64,000 bases of DNA, taken from Antedon mediterranea (lineage: Eukaryota; Animalia; Echinodermata). The notes under the pieces were generated by a model. It was not told the DNA's origin. It worked only from the letters and a program-made list of their open reading frames with translations, and did not search any database. Numbering within the stretch: the first letter of the stretch is position 1; each line of letters starts with the position of its first letter. The DNA lies in NCBI RefSeq assembly GCF_964355755.1, contig NC_092673.1, positions 21,759,648-21,823,647 on the forward strand. The letters are read 5' to 3'. The translations under genes were made by a program, and so were the position numbers. Below are positions 14,201 through 32,700 of the stretch, piece by piece.

Positions 14201-17200
14201 CTTTTTACTTTTCATACTGTATCTAAGCCGTACTGGAGAGCATGGGCTATTGTCGATTTATCCAAGTAAGCTACAGTAGGCAGGAAATAGACAAAGTTGA
14301 TTAACTTTGATTGCTTAGCATTTGCAGTCACCATTCTTGAGATGATAAAACTACTGTAAACCGTCTACAATAATTTAAATGTTGTACATGTTCACGTGCA
14401 ATGTCTTGCCTACCCTACAGTAAAGATTCTACAGTGATAGTGTATATATTCACTTTGTATATTTCAAAATAAAAGTTTATTGCATATTAGTGTAACAAGA
14501 GATTTAAAAATTCTACTAAACACAGTAAGCAATTCAAAAATGATGTAATCAAAGTTAATATGGTTCACTGGTTTTATATGGCATATTGATCTGCTAATGA
14601 ACTGTACATCACACACAATTTACATTTATTATAAATAAAATTTTAAAAAATCCCCAAAAATCATTATTGATTTGTAGAGTAAAAGTTATGGTTCACTGGT
14701 TTTATATGGCATATTGATCTGCTAATGAACTGTACATCACAACAATTTATAAAATAAAATAAAAAAAATCCCCCAAAAACATCATTATTGATTTGTAGAG
14801 AAAAAACTAATCACATGACAAGGATAGAAAAAATCCCATTGGCCAATGATGATAAGCAGGGAGCAGAGAATAGAAGTCATCATCGATTCTAATATTCCAT
14901 CACTCGATTAGTTGTCATCAATTGTAATCATGTACGCCACTAAACGCACTCCTCTAGCTATAACACCACATTTAAAAAATCAGGCACGCAACAGCATAGA
15001 TAAAAAAATATCACAGTTATTGTCGGGAATCACTAAAAGGTTATGGAGATATAGGGCTGTGTATTACACATGATACTCATCATTGTACAAAAAGGTTTCA
15101 TAATTGCAGACACAATTTCTAGAGAAGCTGTCATGACAATCTATATTTTAAATACTGTCAATCTGTATATTATTATTATCTTTATCTACAGTAATTTATG
15201 TGACTGTTTATCTAGTCAAAGCTAATGAATATTAAAAAGTTTCAGCAGGGATACATATACAGTGTCAACAAGCATAGGTGTAAAAATAAAATACTACTTT
15301 TTCTTTTAAATGGTGACATACACATTGTTTCTAAATGGGTAAAAGACTTTAAATGTGTGTGTCTCTGTCTATCTCTATCTAGTAGGTTTCAAAACCACAA
15401 ATTGGGTTAAATAAATTATCCCTTTAACGATGTTCTGCAAACTACTGCGTGCGTCGCGGCTCAAATTTAGACTGCGGAACATTTTTAAGGGCCATGGATG
15501 ATTAAATCGTTTTTTTTATCGTTGTAAACCTCTTTGTCTAAAAGCAATACATTACAATATAGCTTTACAACAAACAGTGTAAAGAAGATGAAGGGTGAAA
15601 TTTAACTTAAAACTTGAGTACAACTACATACACATTCTGGTGTACTGGTCCATCTTAGCCTCTGTCTTCGTGGACAGATGAAGGAGCAGCTGTACGCTGC
15701 GAAGGGACCCTTTAGAGGAGAAGAAATTTATTGTATGTATGAGTTGTACACACCGCAATTCAGAGCCCCACACCTCCCCCACCCCAATAGGCTGTGTATT
15801 CCTCCATTTTAGAGCAAGTATAACAGCTTGTAATTTGAGTCCTTATGTACAATACAAGTTAGTCTTGGTTAACTTTAATGTGTGAACATATCAAACAATG
15901 ACAATAAATTAAACAAACATAAGAGGATTATTGAACATTATTGTTATTCTTTTAAAGGATTAAATTTTTGCATGTCACTATAGATCATCATTTTGCATTT
16001 TCTCAAATATACAGTATTATTAACATAAGGGAATTTACAAATTTAAATTAAGACTTTTTTTGTTAAGAAATCAAATATTACACAGTAATGTATACTATAC
16101 TATCCTAGAAGGTACAATAAAAACATCCATTACCATGACAACATGGCCTTAACGAAAACTCCTATTGTTAAATAACACAAAAGAAATTATATATTCACAA
16201 AATACAGTAACCTAGCCAAATTAAATACTAGTAGCAGATGTATTCAGCACCAGGTCACATTTTAACAAAAGACCTAATTAAATAAACCAATCTTAACCTG
16301 TTTATTTTTAGTATTTCCTCAAAATCATTACAAATATTTACCATAAATGTAAATAACGAGTACTACTGTAAGAGAAAATTAATTTACAAAACTTGATGTA
16401 GTCATACCATTTTGTAAACGAAACTATAAAAGATGGTAGATTTCCAACATTAATTTAACAAGTTATTGAAACGAGCAACTATATCACTGTTGTTAATCAT
16501 GAAACTTGATGATACAGAATGATTGACTTCTACTGAACTTCAACAAATTCAATAATAATATGGAGCAACAAAATGAACAATTATCCTCTGAGCTAGGCCC
16601 AAACAAACCATTTCACACCAATATGCCAGCAGGCAAAGTAAGGGATAACCCCTGCTTGGTGATTCAGTTAATTGATTATGTCTACACTACACAGTATAAT
16701 TGCAGACAAATAAACAAACCAATATGATATCTACAAACTATCATCAATAACATGAAACTAATAATAAAATCAACAACAAAAATAACATTTTATGCAAGAA
16801 AAAATACTAATTTAAGGATTCATTAGATTGAACGCATACATAATTTCTTTTGTGCTGAATGACAAAGGGTATCTCATTTGAGGGCATTTCGCCATGATGA
16901 TAAGCTGAGTAGAGTATTTGGCTACCCTCCCCCTGCTGCAAGGTCTATAATTTTATGAGGTCAATCTATGTCTGTAAAAGGTGTAAAATTGAAAACACAA
17001 CCAGGAAGTTACTATAAATTAATAATGAAAGACAATAATAGTTCCTTGTAAAAACATTTTTTCTACACATACTATAAATCATGACAATGTTAAACAATAG
17101 ATCATTCTAAATAGAACTTGGGTATTTCATTTGTTTTTACCTTTATTTTTATTATATATAATTTTTCCATATTCAGTATTTTATGTTCAGGAGCCTATTA

Positions 17201-19724
17201 ATAAATAAATTATTAACATTCAATAACATTACAATAAAAATAATAAAATAAAAATGCGTATATTTAATCAAGATGTTTACTAATAATGTCAGTATAACAC
17301 AATCCATTTATTTTGTATTGTATTTTTAATCATTGTAATTATAATGGTAATTATGATTAAGTTAAAATACATCAGAATTTTAAAAAAAGGTATTAACATT
17401 TTTTATAAATTCTTGAATTTTAAAATTGAGAAACAGATTAATTTTAAAGCAGTTCCAACAGTATAGAAAAGTAACGTTGATATGCCACATAACATGCCAT
17501 ATGCCTCTTAATACCATGACTCACCACAGGGTTCAATTAGATATTTGGGGATGACCTCATCTAACCTATGACCTTTTTAAGAATTGTGGGTATTAGCAAT
17601 TTTTTTAGATTTGTAATATTTTAGTGTTTCAAATTTGTATTGATTATGAATAAAACAAACAAAAAATGAATGAATAATATGAATAATTAATTACTAACTG
17701 TATACTGTAGTTTGGAAGCTATACATCTTAAAATAATTTGAGTAAAGAATTACGATATAGAATAATAATTAACTGATTTTATTCATTTTTTCACAAAGCG
17801 TTTGTTAATACTGGCAATTGTTCCTATTGCATGCATACTGTACTTGTAGGGTATCACAATGAGACTGGAATTATACATTTTTTATGATTAAAAAATGATG
17901 TTTTACCCCAAAAAAAGAGTAACATTAACAACAACATCATATTTAAATTGACATATCAAGTGTATAGTCGTACTGTAGACTACACAATTCAATCACCTTT
18001 ATGTTGATTTGATGGGGTTTACTATGTTTTTTTTAGGTTTACACGGTTTAGCAATTATTTCTAACCAAAAAATGATGTTTTACCCCAAAAATAAGTACTT
18101 AAATTTACATTTTTTTTTAAATTGACATATTAAGTGTGTAGTAGAATACACAATTCAGTAACTTTTATGCTGATTCGATGGGGTTTGCTATGTTTTTTTA
18201 TAGGTTCGCCGTGTTTAGCAATATCCTATACTGTACTGTGAAATTTCAATCAGAAGTACATACATACACACAAACGAAACATTCAACCTTGCTACGTCGT
18301 GTACCCAAAGGCTACGGTGTTTACTGTTAGTGAACTTAGCACATTAGTTGTAAATAATACATTTATTTCTCATGTTCTACTGTAAGTCACATTTTTTACT
18401 CTATTATATTGTAAACCAAATGTTGGAGTGCTAATCATTATGTCATGGGCGATAAATATCATATATTGATAAAAAATCAAATTGGATTATGGGAATATGT
18501 GTGAGGTACCGTAAATCTCTAATCTCTAATTGAAACCCTGGGTTATTATTCTTTGATTGTTTTTTAGGGTGGGTTACTATTAGAATGGGGTTACTATTAC
18601 GAGTAGTGGGTTACTATTACTAATCTAAAATTTACTCCCAACTTTTCCGGTCAGCAACTCATAGCAAAATAATAAAACAGTAGGAATAAACAAATTGGGT
18701 TGAACTGTAACTTTATTTTATAAATTCAAAAACACTCAATCCTCCCCCACTCCCGAGATCCACATGCATTACAGTATCTCCTTATTTTCCAAATATGGCT
18801 ATTAGAGAAGTGTGTTATTATTATTAGATTAGATAGATTGACTCATAAGATTTATGTGAAAAGTTTAGCACTGTGAAACAAAGCCATAGAAATGTCTTTG
18901 GTTGAACAGCATTGAGGGAATAGTGTGTTGGTGGACGGTCAAGAAGGTTAGAGGGCCTACAGTACAATAGTTTTTTAGTATTTCTAACGGGGTAATTTTT
19001 GTTTATTAATGATAGTCTCATTGGAAAATATATTAAAATCAATTAATTGTATTATCAGAATATTTTAAAATGAATTTCAGTTGATACCCAAAATTTAATT
19101 TAGGCCTACCTACGGTCAGTTGGTTAATAATCAGAATTTCCCTGACATTTTTCTTCATTAAAATTCCTCAAAAGTGCATACAAATTGAAAAAAAAAGAAT
19201 AAAAAACTACTTTTTACACATTCGCTCCACTATAGTATACAGCAGGATTGTCTGAGCCTATTTACTATTTATTAATTAATATCTTCTGGCCTAGTATTTA
19301 TTTTATTAAACTCTAAAATGTACATTTAATTAAACTAGGCATAGATGTTATTTATAATTGAATTGAAACAAATTTTTAAAATATTCTAGAAAAGTTATAA
19401 AATAAATATTTAATATACAATGTAAAGTAATGGTATTGGCAGTAGAGGGAGTCTAATCAATAAAAAGAACAGCCGAAGGACACTCGCAGACAAAAACAGT
19501 GCTCGCTAGACGGACACTGGCTGGACCCACCAAATTTACCCATATTGTTATTGACGGATTGCTCCTAAAATATTAGCGCAAATTGTATCTAAATACCACA
19601 AAATATATCTTTAATACTTACCTATTGAACTGATAAATTGTTTTCTTGACTTTTCAAGTTCTTTCCGAAGCTGTTTTCTTTCTTGGAGACAGCGGTAGTT
19701 ACCACACGAGACGGAAGCTGCCAT
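5290..19724 (-). CDS. LCORL: LCOR/LCORL (Mblk-1/E93 family) transcription factor, first two coding exons; rest lies beyond the window start
   Basis: Exon 19622-19724 (donor GTAAGT) splices in phase to exon 5290-5355 (acceptor ttctcgtag, donor GTAGGT): MAASVSCGNYRCLQERKQLRKELEKSRKQFISSIGFECVVKELYGVESVKRITPFN. This matches the LCORL N-terminus as I recall it ([40 protein letters not shown]). Pipsqueak HTH not in window. Confidence 0.85.
8530..9354 (-). mobile_element. Non-autonomous PIF/Harbinger-like element carrying a Myb/SANT-like ORF
   Basis: TIRs GG(G/C)CCTGTTTCTGCTGC, many subterminal ATACGGTAT/ATACCGTAT repeats, no transposase. Confidence 0.75.
8740..9039 (-). pseudogene. Myb/SANT-like (trihelix, MSANTD-type) DNA-binding domain ORF of the Harbinger-like element
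   Basis: WSED-T--LI--W...IYKDISKKI...SPKQVNSKLKSLQKQY...CPHYD pattern typical of Myb_DNA-bind_4; appears truncated. Confidence 0.7.
11079..11209. repeat. Near-perfect inverted repeat, 62-bp arms and 7-nt loop
   Basis: One mismatch visible (GGCCAGTC vs GACCGGCC). Confidence 0.92.
14558..14800. repeat. 128-bp tandem duplication
   Basis: ATGGTTCACTGGTTTTATATGGCATATTGATCTGC at 14560 and 14688. Similar two-copy duplications at 6992-7170, 17890-18220 and 62045-62320. Confidence 0.85.
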
Positions 19725-19960
19725 TTTTCGTGTGGTCGTTTCTCTATGTACGCCTATTACGTCATCATCAAATGTGACCACCCTCCTTTGGGTCATGTTT
19801 ACATCGCGAGTCAAATTTTGTTGTTACCAAAATTAGACCCGGAAGTGGTTGAGTCAGCGGTAGGTTTTTGGTGATAGTTCAATCGATAAACGCCCAAAAT
19901 TGTCACCTGTGTATCATAAATAGAAGCAGATTTACACCACGATTGAAGTATAGCGGGTAA
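19715..19960. promoter_or_regulatory. Bidirectional promoter between LCORL-like and MORN4
   Basis: Locally CpG-richer; YY1-like AAAATGGC over the LCORL ATG, TTACGTCA (CRE/ATF) 19757, TCGCGA 19804, CCGGAAGTG (ETS/GABP) 19839, TGAGTCA (AP-1) 19850. Confidence 0.7.
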
Positions 19961-20419
19961 GTCATTGATTATTCGTTAAAAATTGACATTTTACGTGATC
20001 CATCAACCCTCATTCTTTCTTTAAAAACGAATCGGCTAAGCATAGCCCTGACTAGCCTGGCTAGCTAGGCTCAAGTACTGTGATGATTGTGTATTGATTC
20101 TGCTACACGTACGCACTTAATTGGGCGATACTAGACTAGTAGGACCCTGGTAGAGGTACTCGCTAGGCCTAAATATTTTTTGTGAGGTAGGATTTAATTT
20201 TAAAAGTTCTTATGCTTTTACTAGACTATATTTATATTGATTATTTACTCTAGAGCTCAAGAATGATTTAAAAAGTACAAAAATTATTTATAAAAATAAC
20301 TGTTCTGGCCTATAAAATAATAATATATCACATCAACAATCAATCAATATTATTCTAAATTATTATTACAGGTATAATAATATTGAACTAGCCTAGATCT
20401 TTCACATAATTTTTATAAT

Positions 20420-25706
<5,287 letters not shown>

Positions 25707-25789
25707 TTTTATACACCATATATTTTATATACTTATTAACATTCCGCATATTCTTCACTGTAAGTCTTGCATCACATTTCTACCCATAA

Positions 25790-25930
25790 GCATTCAGTCC
25801 CTGTCGTTGTGGAAGATGAACGGGCACCGTTTGGTGGCAGCACTCGACATGAAGAGACCCTTAAGGGGGGTAGAAAGTTGTGTCGCCCCCACACCTGTGC
25901 ACAATTCAGCTAAGTAGGCTGCAAGTCGCA
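25790..25930 (+). repeat. Dispersed repeat in the MORN4 3' UTR; inverted copy at 32355-32480
   Basis: Shared GCACCGTTTGGTGGCAGCACTCGACA...TGTGCACAATTCAGC. Confidence 0.75.
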
Positions 25931-26779
25931 AGTTATTCTCCCCATTTAAAATAATCAAGAGAGAGTGCAACCAAAAAAACTTATATATTTGAAAAATGTA
26001 ATAGCAGATAATACATTATAATAAGTAGTAATCAATATGCTCATTTTTTAGAAGTAGTATTTATAAATTTGGCAAAAGGATATATTTGCAATAATTTAAT
26101 AATTTAAAATTAACATATTTTTGTAAACCATATTTATAGAGATTATTATGAATATTTACCCCTTGTTATGACATGTAAAAGAAAAGTGGGGCTGAGGTGA
26201 TCAGTATTTTTAATAGTACATATTTCCTACTGCCAAATTGTGACCCAACCAATGTATCACAGTCTAACTTCGTTTTTATTTTACCCTGACATTTTTCAAT
26301 TATATGGTATTTCATTTGATAGTTTTATTAACATTGCATTTCTGGGCAAGTAGATGTTCATATTCTTCCAATTTAAGTTATTATGGCCCTGGCATTTCCT
26401 TCATGATTGACAGTGTATATCAATTTGATTTTTAGTTACCAACATTTTAATGATTTAGATTCAGGGTTGCTGATTTTTTTTTATTCATTTGTATAGTCTT
26501 TCAAAATGTAACTTTATATATGATATTGTTTGCTGTAGTATCAAAATAAACACCTTGAAACTAAGAAAGACGATTTGTGTATTTAGAATTAAAATGTTAA
26601 AGCAACATATCCAGTCTAGTATTACAATTGTTCTCTACCTATGATATGTATTTATGTTTTATGGACAACGTCTGTTGCGAACAACAATGTCAATTAGTTT
26701 TTAACTTTTATATTCATCTGAGTGATGGATGAAACTAAGCCAGGACTATTTAAAACACACTGGTTGGTCCTATTACTGA

Positions 26780-26992
26780 TCAAGGGCTTCTCTCTCCAGA
26801 GGAAAGGCATGAGCCAATATGTCTGAGGCAGATACTAGATGCAGGCCTGCCATAAGAGTCAACAGTGGTGAATTCAAATGCCTAATGGGACCCCAGATCC
26901 ATATACAGCACCCAATATTCCCAGATGGTCTAACCAGACTAAACGTTGCTTAACTTTGGTGATCAAACAAGAACCTGTGCTTCAACATGGTA
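26780..26992 (-). mobile_element. Degenerate 5S-derived SINE or 5S pseudogene (5S part 26901-26992)
   Basis: GGTTCTTGTTTGATCACCAAAGTTAAGCAACG...CTGGGAATATTGGGTGCTGTA with an internal deletion. Confidence 0.65.
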
Positions 26993-28211
26993 AAGTACTG
27001 TCAAGTTTTTAGTACACCATAAAGAAAAAAAAAAAATTTTTTGTCAGCAGTAAAGCAGAACAAGCATTGTGAAGTCAGTTCTTGTTTGTAATGTCATATA
27101 GTAGAAAATTTACTGATTTTCAGTCACTTATAAACGCTAACCAGCTATTTCTTTTCCTGTGTAAAATTGATTGTTCTAAGGAAAATGCCTTAATTTTACA
27201 TACATGTAAAATCAATTTTGGAAACCTGGAGCTACCCTTTAATCCCAACAGGAAAGAGTGACCAAGTTTGGACATGTGATTAAAACATGATTCAATCAAT
27301 GAATCCAACAATGACTGGACATTTCAAAGAAAATGTGTGTATGATACCTCCAGAAATGGAGAGATACATTAATATTACAACAAAACACAAACAAAAAGCA
27401 ATACTTTGAATGCGTAAGATTAAGGTTAATTGACTGATTATCATTTATAGAGTATTAACGATTTTAGGTCATACAAAAATGTATTTTAATAAATTTAAAA
27501 TTGCAGAACATTACATTAAAAAATGATTAATCGTGTCAGTCGAAACTTTGCGATAGTTTACATTAAAACTTGGTTCCCACTGGATCACAACGCAAGGATA
27601 TAAGCGCAACACAAGTCATTTGACCAATCAAAAGCGATGGATTATTAAAAATTATCGCTTGTCATAAGTCAACTAGCTGGCTTCATCAGACCTATGTATC
27701 AGTATACGGGTTTTAATTTCCAGAAACTTCTTGGATATTTACAAAGTGAAAACTGAAAAAAATATTCCTTGCTTCAAATTTATTTTAAATACCAATATAT
27801 TATAACATAATTACGAACAAATTATAATTTTTGATTTTACAACAATCTACGGCCTATTAGTTCATCATATGGAGATTGAGTAGGCCTCCCCCCACCCCCT
27901 AACTGGTTTGATAATTGCGAATTTGTACCTTTCTTCGTCGCAAACAAAAAATCGACGATGACTTGAAAATGGTTACTGACGTCCCTAATAACTCGTAATG
28001 AAATATAAGATTGAGATTACTGGGGGAACTAATCATCAAAATATCAACATGTTTAAAATGCATTAAATGTACTAATAAAATACAGTAAAACTACTCATTT
28101 GGGACAGCCATATTCAGGGGAAACCCCTATACGTATATTCTGGTGACACTTTCTGTAAACATTGGGTAATATGTTAGAACACTACAATCAGGAGACACAC
28201 CTTTACCTTAA

Positions 28212-28391
28212 AGGGTCTTTCACACCTGTTCCGGTCCAGTGACGGCAAATCAAATGCTTCGCTATCACGCAGCTATGCACATATTGATTGGCGCATAGCC
28301 ACGTGGAGTGTCGTGAAAACGAACCATTGACATTTGATTTGATTTGCCGGCGCCAAACCTGAACCATGCCAGAACAGGTGTAAAAGACCCT
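28212..28391. mobile_element. Harbinger-type MITE
   Basis: TIR AGGGTCTTTCACACCTGTTC / GAACAGGTGTAAAAGACCCT with TAA flanks. Confidence 0.75.
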
Positions 28392-28564
28392 TAATTAATA
28401 GATGTACAGTACTATGGAGGAATTCCTGCATGGTATACTGTATTTAATTACAAAATTATGTATATAAATGGTAGTTTTTATGTTATAGAATAGAAATACG
28501 CAGAAATATTTATATATTCTGTTTGTCACTCTACAAAACATGGTATTAAATACAATTCTATCTA

Positions 28565-28727
28565 AAGCTCTGTCTACACTATCAAACTAGTTTGACAAAA
28601 AAATGATGATGTGCCCAAATATGGTAGTGATATGCCCATATATAGTAGTGATATGACATCATCATGTCCATATATGGGCACAGCACATTTATTTTGTCAC
28701 ATAAGGTTTGATAGTGTAGGCAGAGCT
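28565..28727 (-). mobile_element. MITE family A, full-length copy
   Basis: Both TIRs intact with TAA/TTA flanks. Confidence 0.85.
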
Positions 28728-29504
28728 TTAAGTTTCATCGGTGAATCCAGGAATAGGAAATAAAAGACTATCCTTCGACTTGAAGCACCATGGAAAACCA
28801 ATCCTGGATCCGCCACTAAGTTTTAACTAATTAAAATAATAAATGAACTGTGACAGGTCTTTAAAGATTGCACCACTTAAAATATCAATCTAAAGCCCTG
28901 TTGTCTACACTATCAAAAAAGTGTGATGTGCCCAAATGTGGTAGGGATATGCTTACATATGGTAGTGATACGACATCATTTCCATTATATGGACACACAT
29001 ATTTTGCCACATAAGGTTTGATACAGTAGTGTAGACAGAGCTTAACTTAAAATATTTATTCATTAGGTATTTTAATGTAAAATTAGTATTGAATGATTAA
29101 AATACTAAATATATTTATATTTATCAATAAATGTGAGATTTAAATAAAAGTAACAAAGACATTAAATGTCATAAGTACTGACAATCCAATTTTTATTTTT
29201 GATATATACATTGTGGATATATTATATATAATCATATACACATTACTATAAATTAAACTTTCACCAAGAGCTAATAATATTAATAAAATATTTTACTGAA
29301 TTGATTGTCAATAGTAGAAAAAAAAAATTATTTTTACTCAATATTTTTATATTCTAATAATAAATTCCCCAAAAACTGGATTGAACTTCGAATGTACAAT
29401 AAAACAGAATCCTTATGTGGGTTTAATATTCCTAGGACTTGAAATAAAACCATTTAATTGATATTCCTGATAAATAGAAATACTAAAATACTTTAGGTAG
29501 CCAG

Positions 29505-29735
29505 CCTTTCTGATGCAGGCTAGTAGATCAGCATATGGAGTATTCTATGTGCTACAGGTTGGATTCCTTTTAAGATTGTTATCCCGTATTGAATGAGTCC
29601 TTTCTGATGCAGGCTAGTAGATCAGCATATGTGCTACAGGTTGGATTCCTTTTAAGATTGTTATCCAGTATTGAATGAGTCCTTTCTGATGCAGGCTAGT
29701 AGATCAGCATATGGAGTATTCTTATGTGCTACAGG
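29505..29735 (-). repeat. Tandem triplication of the HTT C-terminal coding and stop segment
   Basis: CCTTTCTGATGCAGGCTAGTAGATCAGCATATG at 29505, 29599 and 29681. Confidence 0.9.
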
Positions 29736-29780
29736 CTGGAATGTACTAACAAAAGCTCGTCTGCTTGATTCATCGTGAAT
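29661..29780 (-). CDS. HTT: Huntingtin terminal coding exon
   Basis: tttttcag acceptor, then [42 protein letters not shown]; aligns by eye to human [26 protein letters not shown]. Confidence 0.92.
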   Translation of the reverse strand: MHDESSRRAFVSTFQPVAHKNTPYADLLACIRKDSFNTG

Positions 29781-32700
29781 CTGAAAAATAGCAATCAATT
29801 AACTGTATGAATAAAAACTAATTCACAATTAATATATATATATATTAAAAAATGTTACTACCTCTATCACCAGGCCTATTCCGATTCCTATGCTCTATTA
29901 GTATTACAACTGTTATTTTTTATTTTATTTAACCAATCTTGGACTGTATGAAGATTTAGGGTGTTGTAAATGTTAATTTGCGCTGTAAGAGGATGAGCTT
30001 TAAGAATGATGCAAAAGGCTTTATTTACAGTTGTACATAGATTTAATTTCATTAACCCGAATAATCATGTTGATCTGAGACACAAGGCCGTTTAAATGTC
30101 ATAAGTAGGTGGTTTAATTAACCTACCTGATTCTGCAGAAAGTCCTTGGCAACAATACAAAAATTCTCCCTATCTCTGAGTTCAAGCTTTCCCATACGAC
30201 TCACAACATACGGCATACTGCAAACACTCAGTTAAGGAAACATGTTGAAAGAGGTTATGACAGAATTGAATACAAGAGAATAAAAGAGAGATATACAGAA
30301 AGAAGTTTAATTACTCATATAAGAAGAAAACAACAGAGAGATCATTAGCAGAGTACATAACCTGAAGAAACACAAAAACACAAAACTATCACAAAAATGT
30401 GTAGTGCCTATATATGGACATGATGATGTCATATCACTACCATATTTGAGCATATGACTACCATATTTGATAGTGTAGACAGAGCTTTAAGCTTTTAGAT
30501 AATATAAGGATACAAGGCTCTTATCCACTGATTGATTGAAGCACTTATCAAAAAGCATGTTAGACTCCATACAGCCATTGCTATTGGTGTGCGTTGGGTA
30601 AAATTCGACAGGGACAGCAACACCCAATCTTGTACTAGTTGTGCTTGATCCCTTCTATGTAGATTCTCAAACACCTGCAATATATGCAAATTTGATAATT
30701 AAAAACGATAATAACGCTTGTCTTTCATATTCTCTATTTTATAATTGTAAAGTCATCATAAAATCATCAGTGGTGTTGGTAGTCTATGAGTGATGGTATG
30801 TCTATCTCATGAAATAGACTGTATAACATTCAATTTCTAGGAGTCATATCAGTTGTGATAACTGTATTCAAAGCTGAGTAGAGTGGCATGAAAACAATAG
30901 AGATTTTTCTTTAGGGACGGTATATGAAAGTACTCATTACTGGGCATATACTGTACAAAGTTCAATCTTTTGTATGAACTACTGTCTCCTTTCGTTTACC
31001 GCGAGCAGCGAAAGCTCTTCCAGCTCTAAACATAGCTTTAATGAAACATGACTACCTTAAATACTACCATGGCGATGATCTGCGGATGAGGCTGCTGATT
31101 GGATAAGAATTCGCCTATCACTTTGTTCATTACATCTTGCGGAGGAAAGAAGTCGTGTAGGAATGCTGGAATAACCTTCGCTATAATCCGTGCCTCACAT
31201 GGATAGCCTTTCCTAATTCTGTTGGGAAAAACAATTTCAAAACTAACAATAAAGTTCTAAATGTCAGAAAAAAAAAATCATTGCTTACATAGTTATAAAT
31301 ATCATATGTTATATATTATCATATACACCACAGGCACAGAACAAATTCTAAACTGCCCGGTGATATACAGAAAATGTGAACGGCACTAGTCGCTTAATTG
31401 TATGCATGCACATCATAGATCAAATTGATATGCCCTCATCTTTTCAGTATTTTTATTCAATAAATATATATATATATATATATATGAATAAAAAAAGTCA
31501 TTTCACATTACCTGTCAAAAAGTACAGTAACCCTCTCCATAGCAACTAACAACCTTTCTGGATCCTGAAGTCCTAATTGGCCGGTTGATGCATCTGTTTG
31601 TTGGTGATCTTCTCCAGTGTACAAACAGGTCAACAATAATCCAAGTGCTGGGATTGCATAGTGAGGGGAGGGTACACACAACCTGTACAAATTTGAAAAA
31701 AAAAAAACATTTATGATTATGAAATGTGAATGGTAATTTTACTACTCTGAATACACTCCAGAGTTTAATCATTGTGTTTAATGTCAGGGCGTGTGTTGGA
31801 CGTTGGATTACTGATTGTGAGGTTGTGGTTCGAATCCAACTCACGCCGCATTGCTTGTATCCTTAGGCAAGACACTTTACTTACATTTGCCTCTCTCCAC
31901 CCAGTAGTAAAAATGGGTACCGATTAGATCAAGACACAACTTTGCGCTGATTACTAGCTGCATTATTATGGGATGTTTGATCCAAAATATGACATTGAGA
32001 GCTTGTTTATATGCACTATATTAGAATGAACTAATATTATTTTTATTATTAATTTGAAATAGGACAAACTCTCTCTACATATTCTTAGCACTTACCTTTC
32101 CATACTTAATTTTACCAAGATATCTGCAATGTGAGAGCTAGGTATTTGTGATATAAGCAACCTTTCAAGGCCCTTCATTATGCACTGGTACACAGCAGGA
32201 GATATGGTGTCCTCATTCATAGATGCAAGTGAAACACATGTCTGAGCAAAAAAAGAAATATGTGTTTATAAATATATATTTTCTTTTGTGCGGTATAAAA
32301 TTACCTTAATTTTTTTAAGGCATGTAAATTTAAATTGGGAATTACTGACTAATAACTGGGCTGAATTGCGCACAGGTGTGAACGACACACACCACAACTT
32401 CTTACTCCCCTAAGGCTCGTGTCGAGTGCTGCCACCAAACGGTGCTCGTTCGCCTGTCCACAATGACGTGGGGCTGAATGAGAAGTGACTTGAACCTGTG
32501 AATATGTCATAATTATTCTTGAATGATATCTTATGAACATACCTGAATGACTTTTTTGATAAACTCTGAGCTTCCCAAATCCTCATTAAAATACTGGATG
32601 ATATAGAAAGCTGTAGCAAGCATAACCAGTGTGTGGTGATCACTAATAATGGTTGTAGGATTACTGAGAAAAGAATCATAGTAAAATTTTAATTTTCCAA

